From the NCBI GenBank assembly GCA_001244265.2, contig CDLV01000015.1, positions 992,001 through 1,056,000 on the forward strand: 64,000 bases of DNA, written 5' to 3'. Shown here one piece after another: positions 1 to 12,110 of this stretch (position 1 is the stretch's first letter; every line of letters starts with the position of its first letter). A program made the position numbers and the translations under genes. This DNA is from Microbotryum violaceum (lineage: Eukaryota). The notes beneath the pieces were generated by a model. That model did no database searches. It saw nothing but the letters and a program-made list of their open reading frames with translations, and had not been told where the DNA came from.

Positions 1-1149
1 GCGTTTGGCGTTCGGATCGTACTTGGGACATTCCGGATCGATTTGGTAATGACCGGTTCCCTTGCAACCACGACAAATGCAGTTCGGATCACGCTTGACT
101 TGCGTGCCTTCGCGAACCGCTAACGCTCCCGCGTTCTTGAGTAATTTGTCGTACTTGCCAGTGAGCTTGCGTTCACTGTACTCGTCGGTAAGTCGATTGA
201 CGGCGTAGTCAACCGAGCACTTATCGCTGAGCTTTATAGCTTGCTTGAGCATCTCGTATGAGGGAGGTAGAGCTTGAAGCAGAAACGCGACGATGGCTTC
301 ATCCTTGAACTTTTGGCCGAGATCTTCGAGTTGATTGACCTTGTCCGTGATGCCCTGGAGAAACTCGCCGAGGTTGGTGTCCTCATCGTACAACGCATTC
401 GAAATCTCGTAGAGTAGCGTGCGAATCTTGAACGGATCGGCGTTCCCTTCGTGGTGTTGTTTCAACTTCTCCCAGATGTTTTTGGCTGAGAGCGACTTGC
501 TCTTGACCATCTTGAGATTCGAATCGTCGAGGCACGAGATGATGATTGCGCGCGCACTACGATCCCACTTGGTGATTAGAGTCGGGACCTTGCCCTCCTC
601 TAGACTTGGGTCGATGCCATGGAGTCTTCCATGCTTGCACATCCATACTCGATGGTCGGTCAGCTCCGTGTTGAAGTACACTGCTGTAGCCACAACCTTC
701 GAGGAACGCGTCGACTCGGATCGACCACAGCTCGTAGTTATCTTTACCGAGCTTGGTGATCTTGACGTCCCCTTCATTCGATACATTGGTGGTAGTCGTC
801 GAACTCATAACCTGTTGTGGATTTGGACTTGGAGTACCAATGAATGAATGAAGATTTGCTGTAGCTACACGGCGTTGATAGATGACCTATTGTGAGATAG
901 AGTATCGCCAAGGTCAATCAACTTGTAGCAGGTGAATGGGCAAGATAGATATTGAGTGTGTGTTAAAGAAGAAGGAGAGAGTGAACGAGACCAGAGCCTT
1001 AGATAGTATCCGCGTGCAAGCCACCTCTGAGTCCAATCAATACGCCACACCGCCATCTGCCTCCATCCGGCGCCGCGCCACGCGCGTGCCAACTTCCCAA
1101 TGCCACAAGTCCCTCTGGACTGCTGACCCTTTGCTAATTTCCCACAACA
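1..1149 (-). mobile_element. Ty1/copia LTR retrotransposon 'A', 5' part only (LTR, PBS, frameshifted gag); continues beyond the window start
   Basis: ORF 557..808 has the copia gag N-terminal motif [18 protein letters not shown]; gag-like coding continues to base 1 in another frame. GGTTATGAG (804-812, minus) directly follows a ...CA LTR end. Confidence 0.85.
813..1149 (-). repeat. Probable 5' LTR of copia A (~337 bp)
   Basis: 8-bp terminal inverted repeat TGTTGTGG (813-820) / CCACAACA (1142-1149); abuts the PBS. The 1149 boundary is inferred because the partner LTR is outside the window. Confidence 0.6.
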
Positions 1150-1423
1150 CAATCGCACAAGCCAACCAAACCCACATCCACTTCGAGGTCGTTTGCCCAC
1201 AACCCCACAAAAGGGGGAGCCCCATAGTCAGCTGCTGCTCCTGGGTGAACGTCGACGGATCGACATCGGTATCCTCGATGCCGAGCTTGTCGAACAGGAT
1301 GCGTAGCACCCCACTCCAGTAGCTGGCCGAGTACGCGCACCCAAAAAAGTAGTGCGACACCGTCTCAATGACCGCTGCATCGTTGCCACAGAACAGACAC
1401 GACGACGAAGAAGCATGGCCCTG

Positions 1424-1639
1424 AATAAGAGACTGACAAGCGTGTAATCCAACCGTCACTTAATTGCATATGATAATAGCCGTAGTGCTAGATGTACGTA
1501 CCTGACGAGCGTGTAATCCAACCGTGGAGAGAAGACAATGGTTGGTGCGCATCGCCAGGCTTCACTAAACAAACGCGCGCTTCTAATCAAATAACCGATA
1601 GCCGCCTTCCTGCTAATCCTCATTCACAACACGCCAACT
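1424..1639 (-). repeat. 3' LTR of copia B
   Basis: Direct repeat of 6176-6391; contains an internal ~24-bp duplication CTGAC(G/A)AGCGTGTAATCCAACCGT. Confidence 0.95.
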
Positions 1640-4600
1640 CGCCCCTTCACGCGATGAATCTATAAGCCCCATCGCGTGTACAAACTGATAGTGCTTCTGT
1701 GTCCCGAGCCCCTTGGTGAGGACGTCCGCAGCCATGGTGCCTGTGGGCACCCAGACCATCTCGATTGTGCCTTCCGTGATGTGGTACCGGATGAAGTGAA
1801 AGTGGATGCCAATATGTTTGGTACAAGCATGGAAAGCCGGGTGCTTGGCCAGAGTGATGGCGGACTGGTTGTCACCCCGCAAACGAGTCGGAGCGGTCTG
1901 CTTGAAGCCAAGATCCGCAAGCAAACGACGTAACCAAATCCCCTCGCGAGCGGCGTATGACATGGCCACATACTCGGCCTTGGTACTGGAGAGGGTGACG
2001 AGAGTCTGTCGCTTGGCGATCCAAGAGATAGCCCCACCAGCGCACATGAACACGTAGCCCAAGACGCTCCGGCGAGTGACCGGGTCAGCGCCATGATAAG
2101 CATCGACAAATCCCTCCAAGATTGCCGACATAGGCTGGAAGGACTTCTGATAGTGGATGCCAAAATTGCGGGTACCGACAAGGTAGCGCAGGATGTGTTT
2201 GAGCGCCTCCCAATGCTCCGCCGTGAAGTCGTTGCAGAAACGAGCAGCCTTTGAAACGGCGAACGCAATGTCGGGTCGGGTGGTGCCAGAGAGGTATAAG
2301 AGCTTGCCTACAATGGCGCGATAGGGGATCGAGGCAGGATCAAAACCGGAGTCAGCGCAATTCCTCAGAGTTGACGGAGCCGCGAGAGGCGTGGGGCAGG
2401 GGAGGCATTGGCCATGTGGTGTTCCTCAAGGATGGCATCGACGAAATGTCCCTGGTTGACGATTGCAGCACCCGTCTTGTCCTCACGACGGATGCTCTGG
2501 CCAAGGAAGAAGGAAGCCTCGTCGGTGCTGCGAGCTTTGAACCGAGCCTTGAGCTGACAGAGCACGCCGTCGAGATCCCCGTCACCCGTGAGCAGACCGT
2601 CGTCGACATGAATGGAGAGGAAAGACCGTCGATCCCCCTCTTTGCAAACGAAAATGGCATGGTCACTGTCGGTGCGGGTGAAGCCAATGGACAGGATCCA
2701 TTCAGTGAAGACCTTGTACCACTCGCGGCCCGCCTGAACGAGGCCGTAGAGAGCGCGCTGCAAGCGCACAATATCGCCTCCGGGTAGTTGCATGTAGATT
2801 TCGGTCCCGCCGAGGTTGCCATTGAGGTACGCAGACGAGACGTCAAACTGGCGGGTCTCCCACTCGTTCTCGACGGCAAGGGCAAGTAACAGTCGATGAG
2901 AGGCGGCTCGACCTGTGGGCGAGAACGAATTGATATGCACCCCCCGACGTCTTTGCATGTCCCGCGCGCAACAAGTCAAGCTTTGTACTTGACAATTTGA
3001 CCCTCCGCATTGCGCTTGACGAGGAGCACCCACATGCTCCCGATGACAATGGCCCCGGGCGGGGGTCGAACCGGCTTGGAGAACGTGTTCTTAGCGGCGA
3101 GAGCTCCCTCCTCCACCGACATGGCGGCCAGCCAGTAATCACGAAAGGGGCCAGCGAGGGCGGCCTGGACCGAAGGAGTGTCATCGCTGTCGATCTTGGC
3201 GAGGAGCGCAGAGACTTCCTCAAACGAGTACATCTGCGTGTCAGGGTCACCTTTGTTGAAGTCATCGAACTGGATGGCCGTGTGGTCAGCAAACTCCCAA
3301 TGCTGTGCCGCGTGAGCAAATCCGAGGTAGTCAGGCGGACGGCGGGTCCGGGTGGAGCGATCACCATCGGGCGGTGCGTTTGCCGGGCCAGGGTTCGAAA
3401 ATGCGAGGGCGGCGGAACGGTGGCGGAGTGGCGGCAGCGGGAGCCACGGCCGGCGCTTCGGCGACAGGGGGCGCAGCGGCGGAACTGATCCGAGCGGCGC
3501 GGGCGGGTAAGACAAACCGACCGCAACAGGGATGGCAGGCAGGGCAGGGCTCACCGCAGCGGAAAGAAACGGTCCTCAAAGAACCTGGCCTGAGACAACT
3601 CAAAGACCTTGTTGCGAACCGGATCGAAGAAGCGCCAGGCCTTGGATCGCGAGGAGTAGCCAACAAAGTAGCAGAGGCAGGATCGCGGGGCCAGCTTGTT
3701 GGGACGTTGCTTGGGGGCGAGCGGCACGTGAGCGGCACAGCCCCAGGTCTTGACATGGTCGAGGCGGGGGCGGCGGGTGTCCGTGACCGGGTCCGAGGGT
3801 TCGTGCAGCACAGAGTCTGGGGTGCGCTGCTGGAGCGGCGACGAGGGGAGCAGATTTATGACGTAGATCGCGGCGTGCGCCGCTTCATCCCAAAGTGCGG
3901 GAGGCAGTCCCGAGCGATGGAGCCAGGCGCGAATGGAGTTGAAGATTGTTCACCAGCTGCGTTCCTGAACGCCCATCTGGCCGTGCTCGTACGCTGTGGA
4001 GAGCTCGTGGAAAATGCCCCGCGCGGCGAGCCAATCCCGGAGCCTGTGGTTCACAAACTCGCCCCCTCTGTCCGTGCGCAGCGTTGTGACGCCCTGGCCC
4101 CCGTACTGGGTCTTCAACATCGCAACAAAATCCTGAAGGACGGCTGACGAGTCACTCTTGAGCCGGATGCTGCGAGCCCAGCGGAAGCGCGAAAACTCGT
4201 CCGTGATGCCGCAGAGGTAACGAGCACCCGAAAGTGCGGGCACAGGGAAGGACCCCACACGTCGGCAAAGACACGGGAGAAAGGTGCGTCCGCGGGGTGG
4301 CTCGCGGGTTCCTGGTTCGGGGAAGAGGCGGTTTTGCCGGCGCAACAAGCATCGCACTGATCGAGGAGGCGAATCTGATCCGGAGTTACAGCTGCTACAT
4401 TGAGTGGAATTTGACCCGACCTAACAAGCTCTACCAAACGACCCCAAGAAGGATGACCCAAGCGCTGATGCCAAAGCACTACGTCTGTAGGCAAGGTGGT
4501 GGCAGTCAGCGCCAGGTGATCCGCCCGAGGAGGTGGGTGAGAACTTGCCCGAAGCACGTAGTGGTTGCGATCGAGGGCGAAGGAAAGGCGGGAGGTCGCG

Positions 4601-6110
4601 CTCGAGATCGCGATCCCGGTATGTTTCCCAGCCGTGTCGCACTTGTTGGATAGCTCATACCCGTCCTTCATCAGGCCGGCGAGTGAGACGAGTTCAGCGG
4701 ACAGACCGGGGACGAGGAGGACGTCGTGGAGCTCGATGGACGCTTCGTCGACACCGAACCGGAGAGTGCCCGTACCGGTCGCCATGGCACTGGAGTTGAA
4801 GGCGCCGACGACCCGGACGCGCTCCGTGGTGAAGGGCTTGAAGTCGATGATGAGGTCCCGGCGAGTCGTCATGTGGCGGGTCGCACCCGAATCAAGCAAG
4901 TAGCGCGGGATGTCGCTCAGGTACAGCGCCGTGTCGTCGTCACCAATGGGTACGCCGACGACAAAGTATCCCTCGTAGGCCTCGTCCTCGAGCTGAGCCT
5001 CGGGTGCACGGTCGACGGCAACGAGCGCCACTACGTCGGCCGCGCCAATGGTGATGTTGTGCTTGGCGAGAACAGCGATGCGGCGGCGAGAGACCTCTGC
5101 CGACGGCACCGTGCATTCGTCGCCAAGATGACCCTGCTCGTAGCACCTTCTGCACTGCATCCGACCCAGTTTCAGGCGACCAGCGTGCGAGATCCCGTGA
5201 GGCCACCTCTCCTTGAGGCCGGGCACCCTCGAGGCCTGAAGGAAGGGGGCGCCGAGGGACCGGAAGGACGGCCCGAGGGTTTCGAGCGAGGACGACCCGA
5301 GGCTGGCTGACTCCGAGACTGCACCCGTGCCGCTAATGCCTCCGCGATGGGCTCGATCTGCCGGCTCGAGGAAAGTGCGGCCCTACGTATCGCGCCCTCA
5401 ACTTGCTCGAGCGATGGGAGCGTGCCGATGGAGTCGATGACCGTCACGAGGTTCCTCGGCATCCTAGCCTTCAAGAGGTCCATGCGAACGCCCTCGGACA
5501 GCGCGGGCGGTGGTATCCACTTGTCGAAATCGCTCTGGGTAAACGATGTGCCGTCGATCCTGGCGCGTTGATAGGCTTTGTCACGGGAGACGTGGGCGGC
5601 GACGAGGTCCTCAAACAACCGGTTGAAGTTCGCAAGCCATGGGTCGAGCGCTTCGCCGTCGACAAATGGTTCACACAAGAAGAGGGCGTCGAGCGTTGCT
5701 GAGCGCATGAAATCGTCCGAAGCGCGACCGAGATCCTTATCGAGCGCGGCCCACAAGTCGTGCGTGGCGTTGGCTTTGACGCGGGCGAAGGTGGACTCCC
5801 CCAAGCATACGATTAGCGTGTTGCGCGCCTGCGCAAGGGCCTGATCGAGAGCGTCGACATCCTGACGGTACAATCGAAGTTGGTTGCGATAGGTGGCCAC
5901 ATTGTCTACCCGGTTGTCGCCCTCCAAGCGAGTGAACTCGGACTGCAAAGGCTCGGGGCCGACGTCTAGAACACCGGTGACGTGCTTGAGGCGGCCCTCG
6001 CCTTTCAGGACGTTCTGAAGTCGCTCCCTGGCAACACCCCAGTTGGTGGCGTCGACTTTGCCGTATAGGTCGCCCATCAGACTGACGTGGTCAGCCGTGG
6101 GAGTCGCCAT
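1613..6110 (-). pseudogene. Copia B gag-pol polyprotein with multiple frameshifts
   Basis: Zn knuckle CRRCYEQGHLGDEC, protease LLDSGAT, WHQRLGH..CDAC, integrase RTDRGGEF and [18 protein letters not shown] / [12 protein letters not shown] / HVDDGL, RNase [13 protein letters not shown]. Confidence 0.92.
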
Positions 6111-6167
6111 CTTGGATATGCGCTGCGTCTTTTCTGCGTGCGGATCTGTGCCTTGCGGCAATACAGA

Positions 6168-6175
6168 CGCTACCA
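6168..6175 (-). other. Primer-binding site TGGTAGCG (3' end of initiator tRNA-Met, Ty1-type)
   Basis: Directly abuts the 5' LTR; matches the first 8 nt of the Ty1 PBS TGGTAGCGCC. Confidence 0.75.
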
Positions 6176-6391
6176 AATAAGAGACTGACGAGCGTGTAAT
6201 CCAACCGTCACTTAATTGCATATGATAATAGCCGTAGTGCTAGATGTACGTACCTGACGAGCGTGTAATCCAACCGTGGAGAGAAGACAACGGTTGGTGC
6301 GCATCGCCAGGCTTCACTAAACAAACGCGCGCTTCTAATCAAATAACCGATAGCCGCCTTCCTGCTAATCCTCATTCACAACACGCCAACT
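6176..6391 (-). repeat. 5' LTR of copia B
   Basis: Direct repeat of 1424-1639, bounded by the PBS and the TSD. Confidence 0.95.
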
Positions 6392-8519
6392 CCCTGGACA
6401 TGTTGCTTCTTGCGCGTCGGTGTCACATCGTACATAAGCCGCCAGTGGGTGTCCTGCTCCGCAGCAGACGCGAACCGGTCATGAAGCCAACTCCAGAAGC
6501 GCTGCCTCCCGCTCTGAGAAGTCCCCTCGGGGAAACGCTTGACCCGAGCCTCCTGAGGTTGCCCACCAGGCAGAGCTCGGTCCTGACCGTCCTTCCCCGG
6601 GAATCGAACCTTGTTCACAAGCCGACAAAGCTTGCGAATCGTGAACGGTCGAGTGAGCCCAAAGAAGTTGAAGCACCGAGGATGGGGATCTTCCTTGAGA
6701 GGGATCCTAGCGGGTCGCACCGCGGTCTTGGGCAGCAAGGCTTTCGCCTTGAGCTTCTGACCAACGCGCGCCCAGACGTGCTCGTGCTGTAGGGCGGGTT
6801 CCTTAGAGTGCTGCCAGAACCCGCGTCGATGACCAACCAGAGCCCAGCCCTTCCCTTCGTCCCTCCAGTACAGGTCCGCGATCTGCGCAAACTTCGCCAC
6901 TGCGTCCGCATTGTCATACGCGTACTTGACATCTTCGGCATAGAGTGAAGGGAGGCGAGGCGGAAGCGAGAGCAATTCGGGAAGCGTCAGGAGCTCGGAC
7001 TTGATGGTTGGTAAGGTGACCCTCGCGGCTGCAATGACTGCCCCCAGCGCGTCGAGTCGCGGTAAAGCTTCTCGACCCGAGCCGTCGTGCTGAAGAACCC
7101 CCGCGGACTGAAATCGCGGGTCGCAGCGACGAGCGACCTCCAGCTCTCGCGAGCCAGGGGCGCCCAGATCGCCTCGTCCGAGCCCGCCACAGCATCCCAA
7201 AACCGAAGCGCCACCGAATGCACGATGTCGCCGATCGAAATCAAGCCCAAGCCACCGTCCTCCCGAGCCTGGGACACGAAATCGCGAGCGACGGTATTTC
7301 ACCCTGCTCCTCCCAGACAAAATCCGTAAGTGCTGTCTCCGCCGCCTTAATGAACCATTGAGGCGGTATGTCGAAGGACAGCACGTGGAGGACCGTCGAG
7401 ATGATGTGAGCGTTGGCATAGAAGACCTTCCCACTCGGCGAAAGTGTCCGGTCTCCAGCGGCGCGGGTCTTGGCCTTGATCCTGTCAAGAACATGGGTCC
7501 AAAACAGTTTCGAGTCACCGTGGCGAAAGAAGGCATAGCCGCACCACTTGAAGCTCTCCCCCTCCTGCACCGTTGGCAGCGCCTGCGCAGTCTCGTCCCG
7601 AAGCCAGTTCGGTCCGAGTGGTAGCACCAGCGTCTTGTCCGTGTTGGTCTTCCCGTTGGTTGCCTCGTACCACGTCTGCGACAGCGTTTGCAGCTTCGAC
7701 AATGCCGCCGGTGACTCCACCACCACCACAGCATCGTCGGCAAAACGCCAGATGCGTAAGCTGCGCACGCGGCCCCCCTGGCCACACCTTCTGCAGGTCG
7801 AGCGCGATCCCGCGCCGAACAAGGGCGTCGAGGAAGGGCTGGAACGTGATGTTCCAAACCGGGCACGAGAGGGGATCCCCTGACCAAGACCACACAGCAA
7901 CCGCACCAAGTCCGTGGGGAACCCATTGACAAGGTAGCGCACCCCCAGAGTCTCGGGATCGTAGAGAGCACGCAGCAGCGAGATGAAACGCTCACCGAAC
8001 CCAAAGGCCTCAAAGACCTCGAAGATCCAGGCGTGATCGACCCGATCGTACGCGCTCTGCTGATCCAAAGACAAGAGGGCGCCCTCGGGAAAACTTCAGT
8101 GCCTAGCAACTTGAGTTTTTCGAGAAGGAGAGTGAGATGACTTCCCGCGTCTGCTGAACGTCTTGATGGCATGAAACCGTGTTGCGCCGGCGGCAAAAGC
8201 TCGCCGAGCACCCCATTGAGTCGCGCCACCAAGACCTTGCTGAGGACCTTGTAGGTCGTCTCGCGCAGTGTGATCGGTCGATATGCCCTCAGTGATTTCA
8301 GATTGGCCCCCGGTTTGTTCTTGGGCAAAAGCCGCACCAGCCCCTTTGCCAAGGACGCCGTCATTTTACCCCCCTCCCAAATCGAGTTGAACAAGTCCAA
8401 CAGCTTGGGAGCAAAGTAGGTTGGCAGCGCCTTGAAGAGCTCGTACGGAATGCCCGAGGGCCCCGGTGATCGCCCCGAATCCGTCTTCTTCAACGCCGCT
8501 TCAACCTCGAGGATTGTGG

Positions 8520-8696
8520 TATATGGATTGCAACTAGCTTCTGGTGTCAGCCCGATGTACGAGAGTGCTGAGATATGGAACACCAGTACTCACCTAGCTT
8601 CTGGTGTCAGCCCGATGGGGAGGGAACTGAAGAAGCTAGGTGCGCGCGATCTCTATTTCTAATACCTGTGGCCCGTAGTAAGGCGCGCGCCTTACA
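8520..8696 (-). repeat. 3' LTR of the gypsy element
   Basis: Repeat of 13561-13736 with about 5 differing sites; internal duplication CTAGCTTCTGGTGTCAGCCCGATG. Confidence 0.9.
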
Positions 8697-8739
8697 CTCT
8701 GCCCGCCTTGAAACAAATCCCCTCCTCCGGTCAAAAATC

Positions 8740-11700
8740 CTACTCCTCGTTCCGACGCTCCCACCTATCCAATGCCTCCGTATCCTCCAGTGCCTCGGCA
8801 GGCTCCCATGAATTGCTGTCTGACGGCCACGAGAGCCACGAGACGAGGTATTGCTGCTTGCCAGCACGGATCCTCTCGTCGACAATGTCTTCAAAGATGT
8901 ACTCCGGCTCGCCACCTACATCCACTGGGCCCAGTCTCGCAGGTTCACGGTTGGGGAACAGGGCTGTGTCGTCCTTGCGGTAGGTCTTGAGCTTGCCTGT
9001 GTGAAAGAATGGTACCGCTGCATCATCCCCGTTCAGTTGCAGGGTGTAGGACGAGATTTCCGGTTGGGCCTTGACAATGCGATAGGGACCGTCGAAGCGG
9101 TCCATGAGCTTGGCTGCGCGGCGCTTGCGGGTGTGGAGCCGTTTTTGGCGATCACTTGAGTCGAGAAGAACAAGATCCCCAACGGCCCAAGAGGGTTCAT
9201 CCTGGCGCTTCTTGTTGGACTGTGCTGCCTGCCGAACCTTGGAAATGGCGAGCTGGTCCCGGGCGTCTTCGCAGGCTTGGAATCGAAGCGCAAGCAACTC
9301 CTCAACGGACGGCAAGTTGTCATCACCGTCGACACGGGCAAGCGGGGCAAGGGAGGGCGTGTAGCCAAGCACGAGCTCGAAGGGGGTTTTCCCGGTAGCG
9401 ACATTGAGAGACGAGTTGATGGCATACTCACAGACAGCAAGGCACTCCGCCCAGTTGGATTGCTCCTTGTTGACGAGCGCTCGAAGAATCTGGAAGGCAG
9501 TCTTGTTCGTTTTCTTGCTGCGACCGTCCGTCTCCGGGTGAAACGCTGAAGAGAGCTGGAGCTTGATATTCAGGCGCTTGTGCAGGGCAGTCCAGAACTT
9601 GCTTGTGAACAGCTTGTCCCAGTCCGAGACAATGCTTTGAGGGAGGCCAAAAAGGCGGTGCCATCCTTCATGGAAGCGCACGGCAACCTCCGCTGCGGTG
9701 TCAGCTTCGCGGCAGGGAGCAAACGGACGTATCCCGACAGGCGGTCGGTGATTGTCAACACGCGGTCAAAGCCTTTGTTGGCGGGCAGCGGTCCGACAAA
9801 ATCGATGGCAATGTCGGCCATGGGTCGCGTCGAGACAGGGAGCGAGTGGAGTTTGCCAGCGATGCGAGTGGTACGAGCCTTGGTCCGCTGACAAGAATCA
9901 CATTGTTGGACGTAGTGCTTGACGTCCCAGGACATGTTGGGCCAGAAGTATGCCTGCTGAACGGTTCGGTACGTTTTCATATCACCTAGGTGCCCCTGCG
10001 CATCATGAGCATCGTGAAGGATGGACTCACGGAGCGGGGCTAGTGATGGAATGATAAGCCGGCCCCGTAAATACAGCAATGCATCAACAATCTTGAAGTC
10101 CGATGTGACCGAGCCAATGTTAGACATGGCTTGCTGGCAGAATGGGTCGGTCTCGTACGCATCGAGGATCTGCTGCTTGACAGCATCCGAAAGCTTGATG
10201 TGGGAGACAGCGGCCACTAGGGTGGGCAGTGGGTCGGTGAAAGAGTATTGACTCATGGCGTCGGCTACGATGTTGTCCTCGCCGGGCAGGTATCGAAGGT
10301 CGTAATCAAATTCGGCCAGGGTGTCCAGCCAACGGGCTTGTCGGCAAGAGAGAACGGTGCGCTGGGTCTGGAAGTGCTCGAGTGTGGAGTGATCAGTGAG
10401 GATGTGGAAGTGGCCGCCAAGCAAGTCAATGCGCCATTCCTTGAGTGCTTCGACAATGGCAAGGAGTTCCTGCTCGTGTGTGGGGTAGTTGCGTTCAGCG
10501 GGTATGTATTGCCTGGACCAGTACGCAATGGGCGCGCCACCTTCCACTCCTGACCCTGGAGGAGGACACCACTAATTCCCTGATTGCTTGCATCAGTCAT
10601 CACCCAGAACGGAGCGGCGTTGGCGGAGTGGTCGGGCGGCCGAAGGCAGTCAAGTGAGGTGACGATGGCCTTGATGGCTTTGAAGTGGCGGACCTCGTTG
10701 GGTGTCCAGAGCGTGGCAATAGATGAGAGTCCTTGGCGCGTCAAGGGAGTCAGTGCGGCAGTGTGCTCAGCAAGGCCAGGGATGAACTTGCAAAGATACT
10801 GCACCAGCCCAAGGAAACCCCTGAGTTCCTTGACCGTCTTGGGTAGTGACCAGTCTTCAATGCGCTGGATCTTCTTGGGGTCCGCATGCACCCCGGCGCG
10901 GTTGATGATGTGGCCAAGGAACGAGCACTCCGCAGTGGCAAGGTTGGTTTTGGTTGGCGAGCAATAGAGTTCGGCACGGCGCAGCGCATCCAGGACTTGG
11001 CGAACACGGGCCTCGTGCTCCTCCAGTGTATCCGCAAAGATGGTGATGTCGTCGAGGTAGACGAAGCAGATGGTGCCAAGCAGGCCTTGGAGCGCCTCGT
11101 TGACACGTCGTTGGTGGGTGGCAGGGGCATTGCAGAGGCCCATGGGCATGACGGTCCATTCGTACAAACCCCAAGGTGTGGACACGGCCGTCTTATGGAT
11201 GTCTTCCTCCGCCATCTTGGTCTGAAAGAAGGAGTTGGTCATGTCAATCTTGGCCCAGAATTGCGCATTGGAGCACGTCGAGAGAATGTCGTCCGGCAAG
11301 GGCAGAGGCGTGCGGTCTTTGATGGTGTGCTTGTTGAGCTTGCGGTAGTCGTTCACCCAGCGCGGGGCGATCGTGAGATCCACGTCGCAGCCCTTCTTTG
11401 GGATGATGAACGAGGGTGACGAGTATGCCGACCGAGAGGGGCGGAGGCGACCGGCCGCGAGATGTTCCTGTAGTAGTAAGTACCATGCCTCGCAATACTT
11501 CTTCGGGAGGGGGTATCCTCGAAGGTTGACAACAGTGGACGGAGTGTCAAGCTCAATACGGTGTCGCACCGGGGATTGGTACGAGTGTACAGGCGGGATA
11601 TCCGCAGGAAAACGGTCGGCAAACTCCGCTCGGAGGCGATGATCAAGCGCGGCAAGGCGGAGCTGCTCGTCGTCGTCAGAAACCGGAGCAATTGCGGCAA

Positions 11701-12110
11701 CCCGCATGGCAGCGCACGGCTGGGACGACAGCGCCAGCAGGTCTATAGCGTGTATGGGGTTGGCTTTGCGGGTGAGGTGTGGCTGAGGGAAGAGGCCGAG
11801 CTCCATCTTGTGCCAATAGATGAAGTTGCCTCCCAAGATGATTGCAAGGTCCTTCCCAAGGGGCGCTACCTTGGCGTACGTCGGTCCTGCGGCCCAGAGC
11901 CCATTGGCCAGCTCGAGTGGGACTCAAACAAAGTGCGTGCAGGTGAAGACAGTGGGGACTTGGTTTTGCATTGCAAGGGTGTACTTCGAATGCTGTTCCA
12001 GGGTGCGCCGTTCCAAACCCAGTCGCTGAACAAGCTCCTCACTGAGAAAGGTTTGAGGCAATCCCAAATTGACTAGGCGGAGGCAAGGAGAGTACCATGA
12101 GCGCCGGCTA
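8740..12110 (-). pseudogene. Gypsy pol (PR, RT, RNase H, integrase, chromodomain), frameshifted
   Basis: [14 protein letters not shown] and VYLDDI; RNase H TDASNQG and [10 protein letters not shown] zinc finger HD..GH..CDSC and IAIDFV; chromodomain QYLVSWLSWPSDSNSWEP. Confidence 0.93.

Larger units (their letters stand above)
1424..6391 (-). mobile_element. Full-length degenerate Ty1/copia retrotransposon 'B' with 5-bp TSD CCCTG
   Basis: 216-bp LTRs at 1424-1639 and 6176-6391 with 2 differences; TSD CCCTG at 1419-1423 and 6392-6396; purine tract GAAGGGGCG before the 3' LTR; copia order gag-PR-IN-RT-RH. Confidence 0.95.
1150..8519 (-). mobile_element. L1/Tx1-like non-LTR retrotransposon ORF2 remnant (RT plus C-terminal zinc finger), frameshifted, interrupted by copia B, 5' end missing
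   Basis: RT motifs SPGPSGIPYELFK, YRPITL, QHGF, LDQQSAYDRVDH, GLGQG-PLS, FADD in 6397-8519. Removing 1424-6396 restores ...KKQHVQG|HASSSSCLFCGNDAAVIETVSHYFFGC, a zf-RVT-type CCHC motif. Confidence 0.9.

Noticed and set aside
1037-1149. LINE ORF2 C-terminus running to the stop at 1037
   Set aside because: More likely read-through into the copia A LTR (8-bp terminal inverted repeat at 1142-1149), although LWEI resembles a LINE motif, so the boundary is not certain.
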